The notes below the pieces were generated by a model. That model saw only the letters and a program-made list of their open reading frames with translations. It did not search any database and was not told the DNA's origin. A stretch of 64,000 nt of DNA from Methanothrix sp. (lineage in GTDB: Archaea; Halobacteriota; Methanosarcinia; Methanotrichales; Methanotrichaceae), in contig OY821645.1 of the NCBI GenBank assembly GCA_963682135.1, positions 768,001-832,000 of the forward strand, given 5' to 3'. A program made the translations under genes and the position numbers. Below are positions 38,082-47,300 of the stretch, piece after piece (the first letter of the stretch is position 1; each line of letters begins with the position of its first letter).

Positions 38082-38162
38082 AAAAAAATTGGACGAATTT
38101 TAGACTCGATCGCCCATCATAACGGTTTCAATGGGGCCGCGAATCTATTTTATCGCGGAATG
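38082..38162 (-). CRISPR. Single CRISPR-like repeat + ~36-nt spacer + T-tract (mini-array / crRNA-like RNA)
   Basis: Repeat CATTCCGCGATAAAATAGATTCGCGGCCCCATTGAAAC (38162-38125) with a CCGCGA/TCGCGG stem and ATTGAAAC end; spacer CGTTATGATGGGCGATCGAGTCTAAAATTCGTCCAA, then TTTTTTT; no second repeat. Confidence 0.75.
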
Positions 38163-38688
38163 AGTTTGTATTATTTTCAATCCTATATCAGTCTTTCGTC
38201 CACGACTTGACTATGCCCTCATAAGTCTTAAATTGGGCTTTCGGCTATCTCGCCGCCCGCTCACGCCCCCGCCTGCCCGTGCCCGCCCGCGTGCGCTTGC
38301 GCGTAGCCGGGAAGGGCGCGCGTGTGGCCCAGGGCGCGTGGAGCGTGCTCTTGCCGCCAATTCCCGCCCAATATCACTCTCTTCGCACCTCACGAATAGT
38401 AGTATAGATTAGATCCAAATACCGCTACTGTCCTGCGCCGTCAATCCCGCCCCTCCGGCCCGCCTGCGCCTGAGACGCGAGGCCCCTGGACAGCAAAGGC
38501 CTTGCAGGATACCCGGCTCTGGAGGTGGCCTGGCAAAGATCGATGTGCCCGCATCCCTGCAGCGACATCAGACTGACCGCGGCATGACTGGCAATCGTGG
38601 GCCATAGCCGCTTCCAAAGATAACTCAGGCGTTTCTCTACCACAACAAGCCATATATTTGCCAATAGATAAGACTTTTTATTGATATT

Positions 38689-39048
38689 TTGAATATCGTG
38701 CGGCTGAAGGTGCTCTCCACCAGAACCATTCCAGGGCGAAGGCGCATCTGGCCGCGCTTCGGAACCGGAATTCGGGCCACCAGATTCCAGATGTTCAATA
38801 CTCCCTGCCAGGGAACGGGAGCCGACCTCATCAAGCTGGTCATGTGCGAGGTCTACGATAAAATCTCCTCGGAAGAGGCAAGGATAATTGGCTCCATTCA
38901 CGATGAAATTCTCCTGGAGGTTGCAGAGGAGCAGGCGGAGGAGGCTGCTAGCATGCTGGAGGAGATCATGGAAAAAATCGGCTCGCAACTACTGCATCCG
39001 CTTCCCGCAAGGGCGCAGGCCAGTGTGCAGGCCACGCTGGCAGGATAA
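38689..39048 (+). pseudogene. polA: C-terminal remnant of a family A DNA polymerase
   Basis: RTIPGRRR, NTPCQGTGADLIK, IHDEILLEV (motif C); no upstream polymerase domain in frame. Confidence 0.8.
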
Positions 39049-39110
39049 ATCTGGATGAAGTAGAAGTCTATGGGGAGTAGCTTATCAATTACATCCGGCT
39101 GAAACTTAAT

Positions 39111-39911
39111 CTACCGGGCATTCGCAAGATCATAGCTGGTTTTTTGGGCTACAATGATGATGGAGTATGAACCATCCACATCCTCGACCGTTGGGTAGGC
39201 CGCAACGTAAGAGAGCCACCGCATCATTTCCGGCGAATGCAAGATCGGCTCATCGGCAAGCTTGCGAGCGATTCGTTTGGCATTGGAAAGTTGCTGCTCT
39301 CTTCGAAAGAGCGCCTTGGACCAGGACTGGCCCAGTCGGTAGATCACCCGCATCTCACTCTGTGCCACAAGCCTGGAAAGCGATCCATAATTAAACCATT
39401 GTTTGTGGGCCTTGTTTCTGGGAAGACCGCAACTATCACCGGACTCGGAAAGAACATTGGGAACAGAGCAGATAAAAAAACCGTCCGGCTGCAGGATTCT
39501 TGAGATATGGGCTACAGTCCGAGAAGGATCGAGCAGATGCTCCAATGTCTCGAAGCTGACCACAGCCGCAGCACTACCATCTTTTATTTCGGGACACAAT
39601 TCATCTTCATCCAGGTTTTTATGGAGAAAATGCAGGTTAGGCATTTTGAACCTCTTGCGGGCCGATTCCATCAGAGCCATATTTTCGTCAACGCCAATAA
39701 CCCTCCCGGCCACGCTGCATATCTCTGCAGCTCCGTATCCCAGGCCGCAGGAGACATCGACCACGAGATCCGGCTTATGTGGCCGAAGAAAATCCGCCGC
39801 AAAGAGATAGCGACCCAGATACTCGGCTTTGCGCCAGAGGTTGGTGTCGCTGGCATCAAAGGGATCTATCTGATCAAGACCATTTCCGCTATACGCCGAA
39901 TACGAAGACAT
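39111..39911 (-). CDS. Class I SAM-dependent methyltransferase
   Basis: YLGRYLFA, VVDVSCGLGYG, VSFETLEHL, L.PDGFFICSVPN; start set at ATG 39911. Confidence 0.88.
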   Translation of the reverse strand: MSSYSAYSGNGLDQIDPFDASDTNLWRKAEYLGRYLFAADFLRPHKPDLVVDVSCGLGYGAAEICSVAGRVIGVDENMALMESARKRFKMPNLHFLHKNLDEDELCPEIKDGSAAAVVSFETLEHLLDPSRTVAHISRILQPDGFFICSVPNVLSESGDSCGLPRNKAHKQWFNYGSLSRLVAQSEMRVIYRLGQSWSKALFRREQQLSNAKRIARKLADEPILHSPEMMRWLSYVAAYPTVEDVDGSYSIIIVAQKTSYDLANAR

Positions 39912-39992
39912 TTGCAGGCCGTTACTTGAATTGTACAGGTCAATATAGCTTTCTATTCGATTACGATCATTATTTATTGATTGAGCTTTAGA

Positions 39993-40700
39993 ATGATTAC
40001 CATGAAGGCGATTGCAATAAATGGCAGCCCTCACATGGAAGAGGGCAACACGACAATGATCCTCAATCCCTTCCTGGAGGGGATGAAGGAAGCTGGCTGC
40101 GACGTAGAAGTATTCTACACCATGAAGCTGAAAATAGGACCCTGCAATGGGGACATGAGCTGCTGGTTTAAGAATCCGGGAATATGCGGCCAGAAGGATG
40201 ACATGCAAATGCTCGCACCCAAGCTGAAAGATGCGGATATCATAGTCTGGGCCAGTCCGGTTTACTATTCCGGCGTGACTGGGCCTCTGAAGAACCTGAT
40301 GGACAGACAACTACCCATACATGTGCTGGGCAGCATGGGGGAAAAGAAACAGAAGGTGGTTCTCGTCTCCACCTGTGGCGACTGGGATATGTCAATGTTC
40401 GATCCGCTGCTCATGCAGATGAAGGCCATCTATAGCAGGCCGGACGGCAGCAGTAGCTTTGTGGGCGCCCTGCTCCGCCCCATGGCAGATGGCGTCAAGG
40501 AGATGATCAAGGCGGGGGAGACAGGATTAGTTGATGGTGTCTTCCGGGCCGCCAGAGAAGCAGGTCGCCAGCTTGCCAAAGAGGGAATAATCTCCGAAGA
40601 GCTGCAAAAACAGGTAAGCAAGGTGCTAATGCCCCGCGATGCTTATTACAAGGCCGCCCAGATGATGATGGCGCAGATGCAAAAAGCTGCGGAAAATTAG
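39993..40700 (+). CDS. Flavodoxin-like / iron-sulfur flavoprotein (FMN reductase family)
   Basis: INGSP...GNT, C.G..SCW...G.C...DDM, ASPVY...V.G.LK.LMDR. Confidence 0.9.
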   Translation: MITMKAIAINGSPHMEEGNTTMILNPFLEGMKEAGCDVEVFYTMKLKIGPCNGDMSCWFKNPGICGQKDDMQMLAPKLKDADIIVWASPVYYSGVTGPLKNLMDRQLPIHVLGSMGEKKQKVVLVSTCGDWDMSMFDPLLMQMKAIYSRPDGSSSFVGALLRPMADGVKEMIKAGETGLVDGVFRAAREAGRQLAKEGIISEELQKQVSKVLMPRDAYYKAAQMMMAQMQKAAEN

Positions 40701-40844
40701 AGCCGCAAGCCGCAAAATCAAACTGCGCGCGGCCCTCCATCCAGAGAGGTGGTGGAATGCTTCGGGCTGCGCGCCCGGTTATCCGGATTTAAATATTATC
40801 GAACAATTGCGCCGTGCATTGCAAACAGATTAATGAGGTATTCA

Positions 40845-42458
40845 ATGAAGACATTATGCATAATTTTGGCAGCATTGATATGCTTGCCTATATTGGCTTT
40901 TGCCGCTGCTGATAGCAAGGTTACTGGATCAGATAATAGTTCGCTTGATTCTATCTTAGACCAATCTACCATAGATTCTTTAGCCCGAGAAAGTGAAGTC
41001 AGCAACTTCTTTCAAGGAATAAGGAATAACCCGGAAGAACTCAGGGCCTTCTTTTTATCCATGCCTAAGGGAGGAGATATCCACAATCACCTGACAGGAG
41101 CGGTTTACGCCGAGGACCTCATCGACGCAGCATCCTCGGAGAGACTGTGCATCTATTCAAACAACTACACGGTCACCAACTGCACAGGATCGCAAAATAC
41201 GATACCATTGAGCCAGGCTTATGGAAACGAACGGTTCTACAATAGCATAGTAGATACCTGGTCAATGAAAAACTCAGAGTTATTGAACGTCAGCGGCCAT
41301 GACCAGTTCTTCTCCACGTTCGGGCGTTTTGGCGGTGCTACAAAAAATACGAGCCTCCTGGTGGCAGAGTTGCGTTCAAGAGCAGCTATCGATAACATAG
41401 AGTACCTGGAACTCATGACTGGCGTGAACACAAGCAGTAAGGCATCTAGCTTGGGGAATTGGAGTGAAAACCTCAGCCACTACTATGATGATCTCATTAA
41501 GGGAGGTCTGAGGGAGCTGGCCAAGGAAGCTTCCATAAATCTGAGAGAAATCGATGCCAAATCCATAAAGATTCTTGATGCCGGCGACCCAGGCAGGAAT
41601 GTTACAGTCAAATACCTGTGTACCGTTTCCAGGATCAAGCCGAAAAAAGAGGTCTTCGCTCAGCTTGCCCTCGCCTTCGAGGTGGCAAATATGTCTCCTC
41701 TAGCAGTGGGCATCAATATTCTGAGCGCTGAGGACAACAGAACCGCCAGGGAAGACTACTCATTGCATATGAAAATGATCGACTTCCTGCACGGAAAATA
41801 TCCCAATGTAAAGATTGCTCTGCACGCAGGGGAGCTGGAACTGGGACTGGTTCCACCCGAGGACCTCAGGTTCCATATCCAGGAGGCCGTTGAGGTGGGA
41901 CACGCTTCGAGGATAGGCCATGGAGTGGATATCATGAGGGAAACCAATTCCCAGAAGACCTTATCTGAGATGAGTAAGGATAAGGTAGCGGTGGAGATCA
42001 TGCCGGTGAGCAACAAGGAGATCCTGGGGGTCTCCGGAGAAGATCACCCGTTTCCAATCTACCTGAGCCGTGGGGTACCCATCGTCCTGGCCAGCGATGA
42101 CCCTGGAGTTTTGAGGACCGATCTGACTGAGCAATTCGTGATCATCGCCAGCGACTACCCGCAGGTGAGCTATTCGGATATCAAGACTTTTGCAAGAAAT
42201 AGCCTGGAGTACAGCTTCTTGCGTGGCGAAGGAATCTGGGAGGCGGCAGGGAATTACTCGCAGATGAGGAAGGAGTGTGCAGAATGCCGTGCCAGCACTG
42301 AATGCAAAGAGTGCAGGGCATTTTTGGATAAGAACGATAAGGCTAGAGCCGAATGGAGGCTTGAGGGAGATCTGGCTCTCTTTGAGAGTGGAGTCTATAA
42401 TTGGACAGCACTTAGCGGAAATGGGAATCAAAGGGGCTTCTCCATCCATGAGACCTAG
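40845..42458 (+). CDS. Secreted adenosine deaminase family protein
   Basis: Signal peptide MKTLCIILAALICLPILAFAA; MPKGGDIHNHLTG, ALHAGEL, RIGHGVD, LASDDPG. Confidence 0.88.
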   Translation: MKTLCIILAALICLPILAFAAADSKVTGSDNSSLDSILDQSTIDSLARESEVSNFFQGIRNNPEELRAFFLSMPKGGDIHNHLTGAVYAEDLIDAASSERLCIYSNNYTVTNCTGSQNTIPLSQAYGNERFYNSIVDTWSMKNSELLNVSGHDQFFSTFGRFGGATKNTSLLVAELRSRAAIDNIEYLELMTGVNTSSKASSLGNWSENLSHYYDDLIKGGLRELAKEASINLREIDAKSIKILDAGDPGRNVTVKYLCTVSRIKPKKEVFAQLALAFEVANMSPLAVGINILSAEDNRTAREDYSLHMKMIDFLHGKYPNVKIALHAGELELGLVPPEDLRFHIQEAVEVGHASRIGHGVDIMRETNSQKTLSEMSKDKVAVEIMPVSNKEILGVSGEDHPFPIYLSRGVPIVLASDDPGVLRTDLTEQFVIIASDYPQVSYSDIKTFARNSLEYSFLRGEGIWEAAGNYSQMRKECAECRASTECKECRAFLDKNDKARAEWRLEGDLALFESGVYNWTALSGNGNQRGFSIHET

Positions 42459-42603
42459 AGATGGCGAGTATATCAACGCCTAGGTAATAAAGCCAAATTG
42501 AGATGGGTGTGGGATGGCAACTTCCATCCATCCCATTCATCTGATAATCTCCAGGTTCAGATACCAAAAGCCTTTTAGGATTGTTCTCTAATAATAAGCA
42601 ACT

Positions 42604-43851
42604 ATGATTGGAAGATCCGGCAGATATTTGCTGGCGCTCATGTTTATCAGCCTCTGCGTGGTTGCAGCCCCTGCAAAATCCTCGGACGACTATTGGGATG
42701 CGTGGGTAACATTGACCACGACCGATTCTGCGACAATCAACTGGCGCGGCGAGGAAGATGGGTCCGGCTCGATAGACTACGCTACATCAAGCTACTTCGA
42801 TACGCATCATCGCTATGAAAAAACCATAGCAACAACAAAGGCAGCGACATATCAGCACGTCCGGCTGAGCGGACTTAATCCCAATACGTCCTACACCTAC
42901 CGGGTAACTCCATCCGGCAGGGATGAGCCGTTTTCTAACCGCACCTTCCGGACGATGCCAGAGAGCGGACCGTTCACATTTATCGTATTCAGCGACCCCC
43001 AAAAAGCCAGCGAATATGAGGAGAAACAGCGGTTCAAGTACGTTGCAGACGCCATTGAAAAGGAGCCGGATATACTATTCATACTAATTGGAGGGGATTA
43101 TAATGGGCATGATAGCGATGGACTGTGGAGCCAGTTCTTCCAGGTAGCGGACGGAATGCTCGCCAAAAATGCGATCTTCCCAACCATCGGAAACCACGAG
43201 TACCATAACTCCAGCGGTGGAGACAATCCGCCAACGCCGGCCAATCACTTCCACTGGGCCTTCGATATCCCCCTGAACTACTCCTTTGACTGCTCAGGGG
43301 TCCGGTTCATCGTCCTCAACACCCCGGACCCAAATAATGCCAACGGCGATGATCCTCACACATCTCTGGCTCTGGCCAAAAGCCAGGAGCCCTGGCTGAG
43401 AGAGCGACTGGACAATGATACGCTTCGAGGAGCGTTCACCATTCACCACCATCCGGTCTGGGATTACTACAATGCCACCAGCAACCCGGACCTGGAGCCA
43501 TGGGAGAGCCTTTACCACACCTATAACATCAGCGCCAACTTCGCAGGCCACACCCATAATTACCAGAGGTACTCGATAGAGGGAATTCCCTATTTCATTG
43601 TCGGCAATGCTGGTGGCAGGTGCGCCGGCCTGACCGGCGATAGCGCCCCCGCGGGCTACATCTTCGGCATGAATAAGACGCTGGGATATCTTAAGGTGGC
43701 TGTAGACCCGGCAAAAAACACCGCAACCGCAGAGGAGTGGATCGTGGCAACCGTCAAGGAGGATGACTCCAAAGAGAAACCGGATGTATTCGAGAACCCG
43801 AAAATGATCGACAGCATTACGTTTTCTCTCAAGAAGCAATCAATGGTGTAA
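42604..43851 (+). CDS. Secreted purple-acid-phosphatase-like metallophosphoesterase with Fn3 N-domain
   Basis: Signal peptide; HVRLSGLNPNTSYTY (Fn3); FSDPQ, GGD, IGNHEY, HHP, GHTHNYQR. Confidence 0.88.
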   Translation: MIGRSGRYLLALMFISLCVVAAPAKSSDDYWDAWVTLTTTDSATINWRGEEDGSGSIDYATSSYFDTHHRYEKTIATTKAATYQHVRLSGLNPNTSYTYRVTPSGRDEPFSNRTFRTMPESGPFTFIVFSDPQKASEYEEKQRFKYVADAIEKEPDILFILIGGDYNGHDSDGLWSQFFQVADGMLAKNAIFPTIGNHEYHNSSGGDNPPTPANHFHWAFDIPLNYSFDCSGVRFIVLNTPDPNNANGDDPHTSLALAKSQEPWLRERLDNDTLRGAFTIHHHPVWDYYNATSNPDLEPWESLYHTYNISANFAGHTHNYQRYSIEGIPYFIVGNAGGRCAGLTGDSAPAGYIFGMNKTLGYLKVAVDPAKNTATAEEWIVATVKEDDSKEKPDVFENPKMIDSITFSLKKQSMV

Positions 43852-43941
43852 TGCTGTTAGCGGCCGTCTCACTAGCAGCCCCCCACTGCAAAGGCCCGTA
43901 ATGCGCTCAGTCGATACTGAAAGCCATTCCGATCATCCATT

Positions 43942-44643
43942 CTATTTCCGTCCCAGGTAGAGCCGGCATACATCAGGATTGTCCAGCAGGCTTTTGGCAG
44001 GCCCCTCAAGCCGGTTCTTGCCCATCTCCATGACATATCCCCGGTCGCTGATGGCCAGAGCCCTGCGGGCGTTCTGCTCGACCATAAGTATGGTCACGCC
44101 CCGCCGGTTGATCTCCTGGATCTCGGAGAAGAGCTGGCCCATGATCTTTGGGGAGAGCGCAGCAGAAGGTTCGTCCAAAAGCAGCATGGACGGGCCGACT
44201 ATCATGGCTCTTCCCACCGCCAGCATCTTCTGCTCGCCGCCGCTGAGGGTTCCAGCCCTCTGATCCATTCGGCTCGCCAGCGCCGGAAAGAGCTCCAGGA
44301 CCATGGATATTCGTTCCTCAATTCCGCCCGAAAGAGCGATGGCTCCCATCTCCAGGTTTTCCTTTACGGTCAATTCCGGGAATACATTCCGCTCCTGGGG
44401 AACATAGGAAAGGCCTCTCTTTACAAGCTGGTCAGGCCTCAATCCGGTGATATCCTGGCCCTGAAATAGAATTCTTCCCCCACGCATCCTGGTCAGTCCG
44501 AAGATGGACTTCATAAGAGTCGACTTTCCGCAGCCGTTCGGCCCGATGATGGTCACGATCTCTCCCTTGTCTACCCGGAGAGAGACCTCGCTGATGATGT
44601 TCTCATCGGTATAGCCGGCAGTGATTGATTCAAGGCTGAGCAT
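43942..44643 (-). CDS. livF: Branched-chain amino acid ABC transporter ATPase LivF
   Basis: GPNGCGKST, LSGGEQKM, LLLDEPS, VEQNA. Confidence 0.92.
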   Translation of the reverse strand: MLSLESITAGYTDENIISEVSLRVDKGEIVTIIGPNGCGKSTLMKSIFGLTRMRGGRILFQGQDITGLRPDQLVKRGLSYVPQERNVFPELTVKENLEMGAIALSGGIEERISMVLELFPALASRMDQRAGTLSGGEQKMLAVGRAMIVGPSMLLLDEPSAALSPKIMGQLFSEIQEINRRGVTILMVEQNARRALAISDRGYVMEMGKNRLEGPAKSLLDNPDVCRLYLGRK

Positions 44644-45409
44644 CAGATCCCACACCCAGGTAAGCCTCAAAGACCCGCGAATCGGAGATGACCTCATCAG
44701 GCGGGCCGCTTGCCAGTATCGATCCCTTGTTCAGGACGTACAGCTCATCAGAGAGAGCAAGCACATAGGGAATGGCATGCTCTATTATCATTATCGTGAG
44801 CCCGTTTTTACGCAGCAGCTTGATCTTCTCAATGAGCCTCTCGGACAGCGCCGGATTGACACCGGCAAAAGGCTCGTCGAGCAGCAGCAGCCTGGGGTCG
44901 GCCATCAGGGCTCGGGCCATCTCCAGCATCTTCTTCTGGCCGCCGGACAGCGATCCGGCATACTCGTCTTTCATGCGCAAAATATCAAAGAATTTCAATA
45001 TCTCCACGGCTTTATTCTCAATAGATATCTCTTCTGCCTGGACCTTGCCACGGCGGATGATGTTCGCAAAGATATTTTCCCCAACCTGATTTTGGCCACC
45101 CAACATCATATTCTCCAAAACGGTCATCCTCATCAGAGCTCGGGGTATCTGAAAGGTGCGAATCAGACCCAAGCGAGCAATCTCATAGGCAGGCAGACCC
45201 ACAATCTCCCTGCCCGAAAAGATGATGCTTCCGCTGTCCGGGCTTACAAAGCCGGATATCAGGTCGAAGAGAGTGCTCTTGCCGGCTCCATTGGGCCCGA
45301 TGAGGCCCACAATCGTTCCTTCCTGGACGGAAAGGCTACAGCCGTCTACAGCTAAGAGGCCGCCGAATCCTTTTCTTACTCCTTCTATCCTGAGGATTTC
45401 ATCTGCCAA
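44630..45409 (-). CDS. livG: Branched-chain amino acid ABC transporter ATPase LivG
   Basis: GPNGAGKST, RTFQI.R, LSGGQKK, DEPFAGVNP, V.EAYLG. Confidence 0.92.
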   Translation of the reverse strand: MADEILRIEGVRKGFGGLLAVDGCSLSVQEGTIVGLIGPNGAGKSTLFDLISGFVSPDSGSIIFSGREIVGLPAYEIARLGLIRTFQIPRALMRMTVLENMMLGGQNQVGENIFANIIRRGKVQAEEISIENKAVEILKFFDILRMKDEYAGSLSGGQKKMLEMARALMADPRLLLLDEPFAGVNPALSERLIEKIKLLRKNGLTIMIIEHAIPYVLALSDELYVLNKGSILASGPPDEVISDSRVFEAYLGVGSDAQP

Positions 45410-46295
45410 CTGCCAGATCCTCCTTTTTGCCGAACAATCCCTGAGGCCGGAACATCATGAGTCCGATTAGGATTATGCCGATGATCACCATTCTCGCGGC
45501 GCTGGATGCTGATGGACTGAAGGAGATGTATCCCTCTAAAAAGCGTGTTGTGCTGAAGAATCCCCAAAGCATTATCGCTCCCACAATCGTGCCCCGATTG
45601 CTTCCGCTGCCGCCCATGATGACCATTATCCAGGCATAGAATGTCTCAATGGGCTGAAAATTATTGGGATTGATATACTGCAGATAAAAGGCAAGAAGCG
45701 ATCCGGAAAGAGCGGCGATGGCTGAGCCCAATGCCAGGGATTGCACCTTATAGGAGAAGGCATTTTTGCCCAAAGAGACAGAGACAGCCTCGTCATCTCG
45801 CACGGACTTGAGCACCCGGCCCCAGGGCGATCTGGCCAAAACCTCAAGAAGAGCATAGACAAGCAACAGGACGATAATCACAATGCCGGCCAGAAGGAGA
45901 TTATAGTCATCATGGGCCACCACTCCTTCCAGAGGGCGGGGATATCCGTAAAGCCCAAAGGAACCTCTGGTCAGAGATGACCAGTTAAGCAGCAAAAATC
46001 TGATGATCTCTGAGAAGCCGATGGTCACTATCGCCAGGTAATCCTCTCGCAGGCGGAGAGTGGCCACTCCTAAGAATGCCCCGGAGGCCCCGGCCAGGAC
46101 CATGCCTGCCAGCACGGCAAAGATCAGAGGCACTCCGTTCATGCTCAAGAGAACTGTGGTATAGGCACCGATGGCCATGAATGCCACATGTCCAAAGTTG
46201 AGAAGCCCGGAATAGCCCCATTGCAAATTCAAGCCCAGGGCGAATATGGCATAAATTCCGGCAGTGAGCATTATGGATACCAGATAGTCCAGCAT
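45399..46295 (-). CDS. livM: Branched-chain amino acid ABC permease LivM
   Basis: GLNLQWGYSGLLNFGH, LRLREDYLAIVT, SPWGR.L..VRDDE, RPQGL. Confidence 0.92.
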   Translation of the reverse strand: MLDYLVSIMLTAGIYAIFALGLNLQWGYSGLLNFGHVAFMAIGAYTTVLLSMNGVPLIFAVLAGMVLAGASGAFLGVATLRLREDYLAIVTIGFSEIIRFLLLNWSSLTRGSFGLYGYPRPLEGVVAHDDYNLLLAGIVIIVLLLVYALLEVLARSPWGRVLKSVRDDEAVSVSLGKNAFSYKVQSLALGSAIAALSGSLLAFYLQYINPNNFQPIETFYAWIMVIMGGSGSNRGTIVGAIMLWGFFSTTRFLEGYISFSPSASSAARMVIIGIILIGLMMFRPQGLFGKKEDLAVGR

Positions 46296-46296
46296 T

Positions 46297-47163
46297 TTAT
46301 CCCCCACCAAAGAGGCCTTTGGGCTTGAAGAAGAGAACAACAATCATAATAGCAAAACTGACTGCAATTTTGTATTCCGCAGGCAAAAATGCAGTGGAGA
46401 TCTCCTGGGCGAGGCCGATAATCATTCCACCGGCCATAGCTCCGTAGGCATTGCCGATGCCGCCCAGTATCGCCGCTGCAAACATAGGCAGGATGATGGA
46501 CCAGCCCATGTTGGGGTTGAGATGGGTAATCAATCCAAACATTATACCGGCCAGTGCAGCAAGTCCCATGCTCACCATCCAGGTGTACCTTATGACCTGA
46601 TCCACATTGATTCCGGAGATCCTGGCCAGATTAGGGTTATCGGCCAGTGCTCTCATGCTCTTTCCCAGGGTCGTCCGGCTCAGGATGGCATGGACCAGGA
46701 GCATACTGGCAAAGGCGATCAATATTACGTCAATCTGAAAATAGGTGAGAAGAATTCCCCCCAGATTGATGCTCTCCATCACAGGCAGTGGAAATCTCAG
46801 TGCATCCGGCCGAAAGAATATGATCAGAGCATTTCTTATGGCGATGGACACGCCAATTGACAGAATCATGATGGCGGTTCGGCTGGCTCCACTGCTGCGC
46901 ATGGGCTTCCAGATTCCCATATCCAGTAGGACTGCAAATGCCCCCGTGGCAAGAATGGCGATAATGCACGCCGGCAGGAAGCCGAGGTGTGAAGATACTG
47001 CAAAAAAGAGAGTCAAATAAGCGCCGAGAGTAAGAAAATCTCCATGAGCGAAATTGGCAAAATTCATGATTCTGTATGCCAGAGACAATCCAATAGCTGC
47101 CAGAGCAATAATGCATCCGTAGACTACCCCGTTGGCTATTAGCTGTCCAATCATATTGCTCAA
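46297..47163 (-). CDS. livH: Branched-chain amino acid ABC permease LivH
   Basis: NFAHGD, T.LGKSMRA..DN, AAILGGIG, KPKGLFG. Confidence 0.92.
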   Translation of the reverse strand: MSNMIGQLIANGVVYGCIIALAAIGLSLAYRIMNFANFAHGDFLTLGAYLTLFFAVSSHLGFLPACIIAILATGAFAVLLDMGIWKPMRSSGASRTAIMILSIGVSIAIRNALIIFFRPDALRFPLPVMESINLGGILLTYFQIDVILIAFASMLLVHAILSRTTLGKSMRALADNPNLARISGINVDQVIRYTWMVSMGLAALAGIMFGLITHLNPNMGWSIILPMFAAAILGGIGNAYGAMAGGMIIGLAQEISTAFLPAEYKIAVSFAIMIVVLFFKPKGLFGGG

Positions 47164-47300
47164 TCAAAAAGAGATCCTCTTATTGGAGCTATTTTTATCT
47201 TTCCCTAATGCCTTGTGCATCAATCCAATCGAATCATTTTCATGATGATTTTTCTTCTGCGATACTTATTTATTCAATCTATCTAGGTCCTGGAATCAGG

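Noticed and set aside
39912-40310. N-terminal extension of the methyltransferase ORF
   Set aside because: Overlaps the divergent flavoprotein gene on the opposite strand; no methyltransferase motifs in it
40727-40739. 13-bp match (gcgcggccctcca) to csx3 relics
   Set aside because: Short, GC-rich, no flanking similarity; compatible with chance
40845-42458. Adenosine deaminase as a CRISPR-associated Cad1-type effector
   Set aside because: No CARF domain, has a signal peptide, and is separated from and oriented away from the cmr operon
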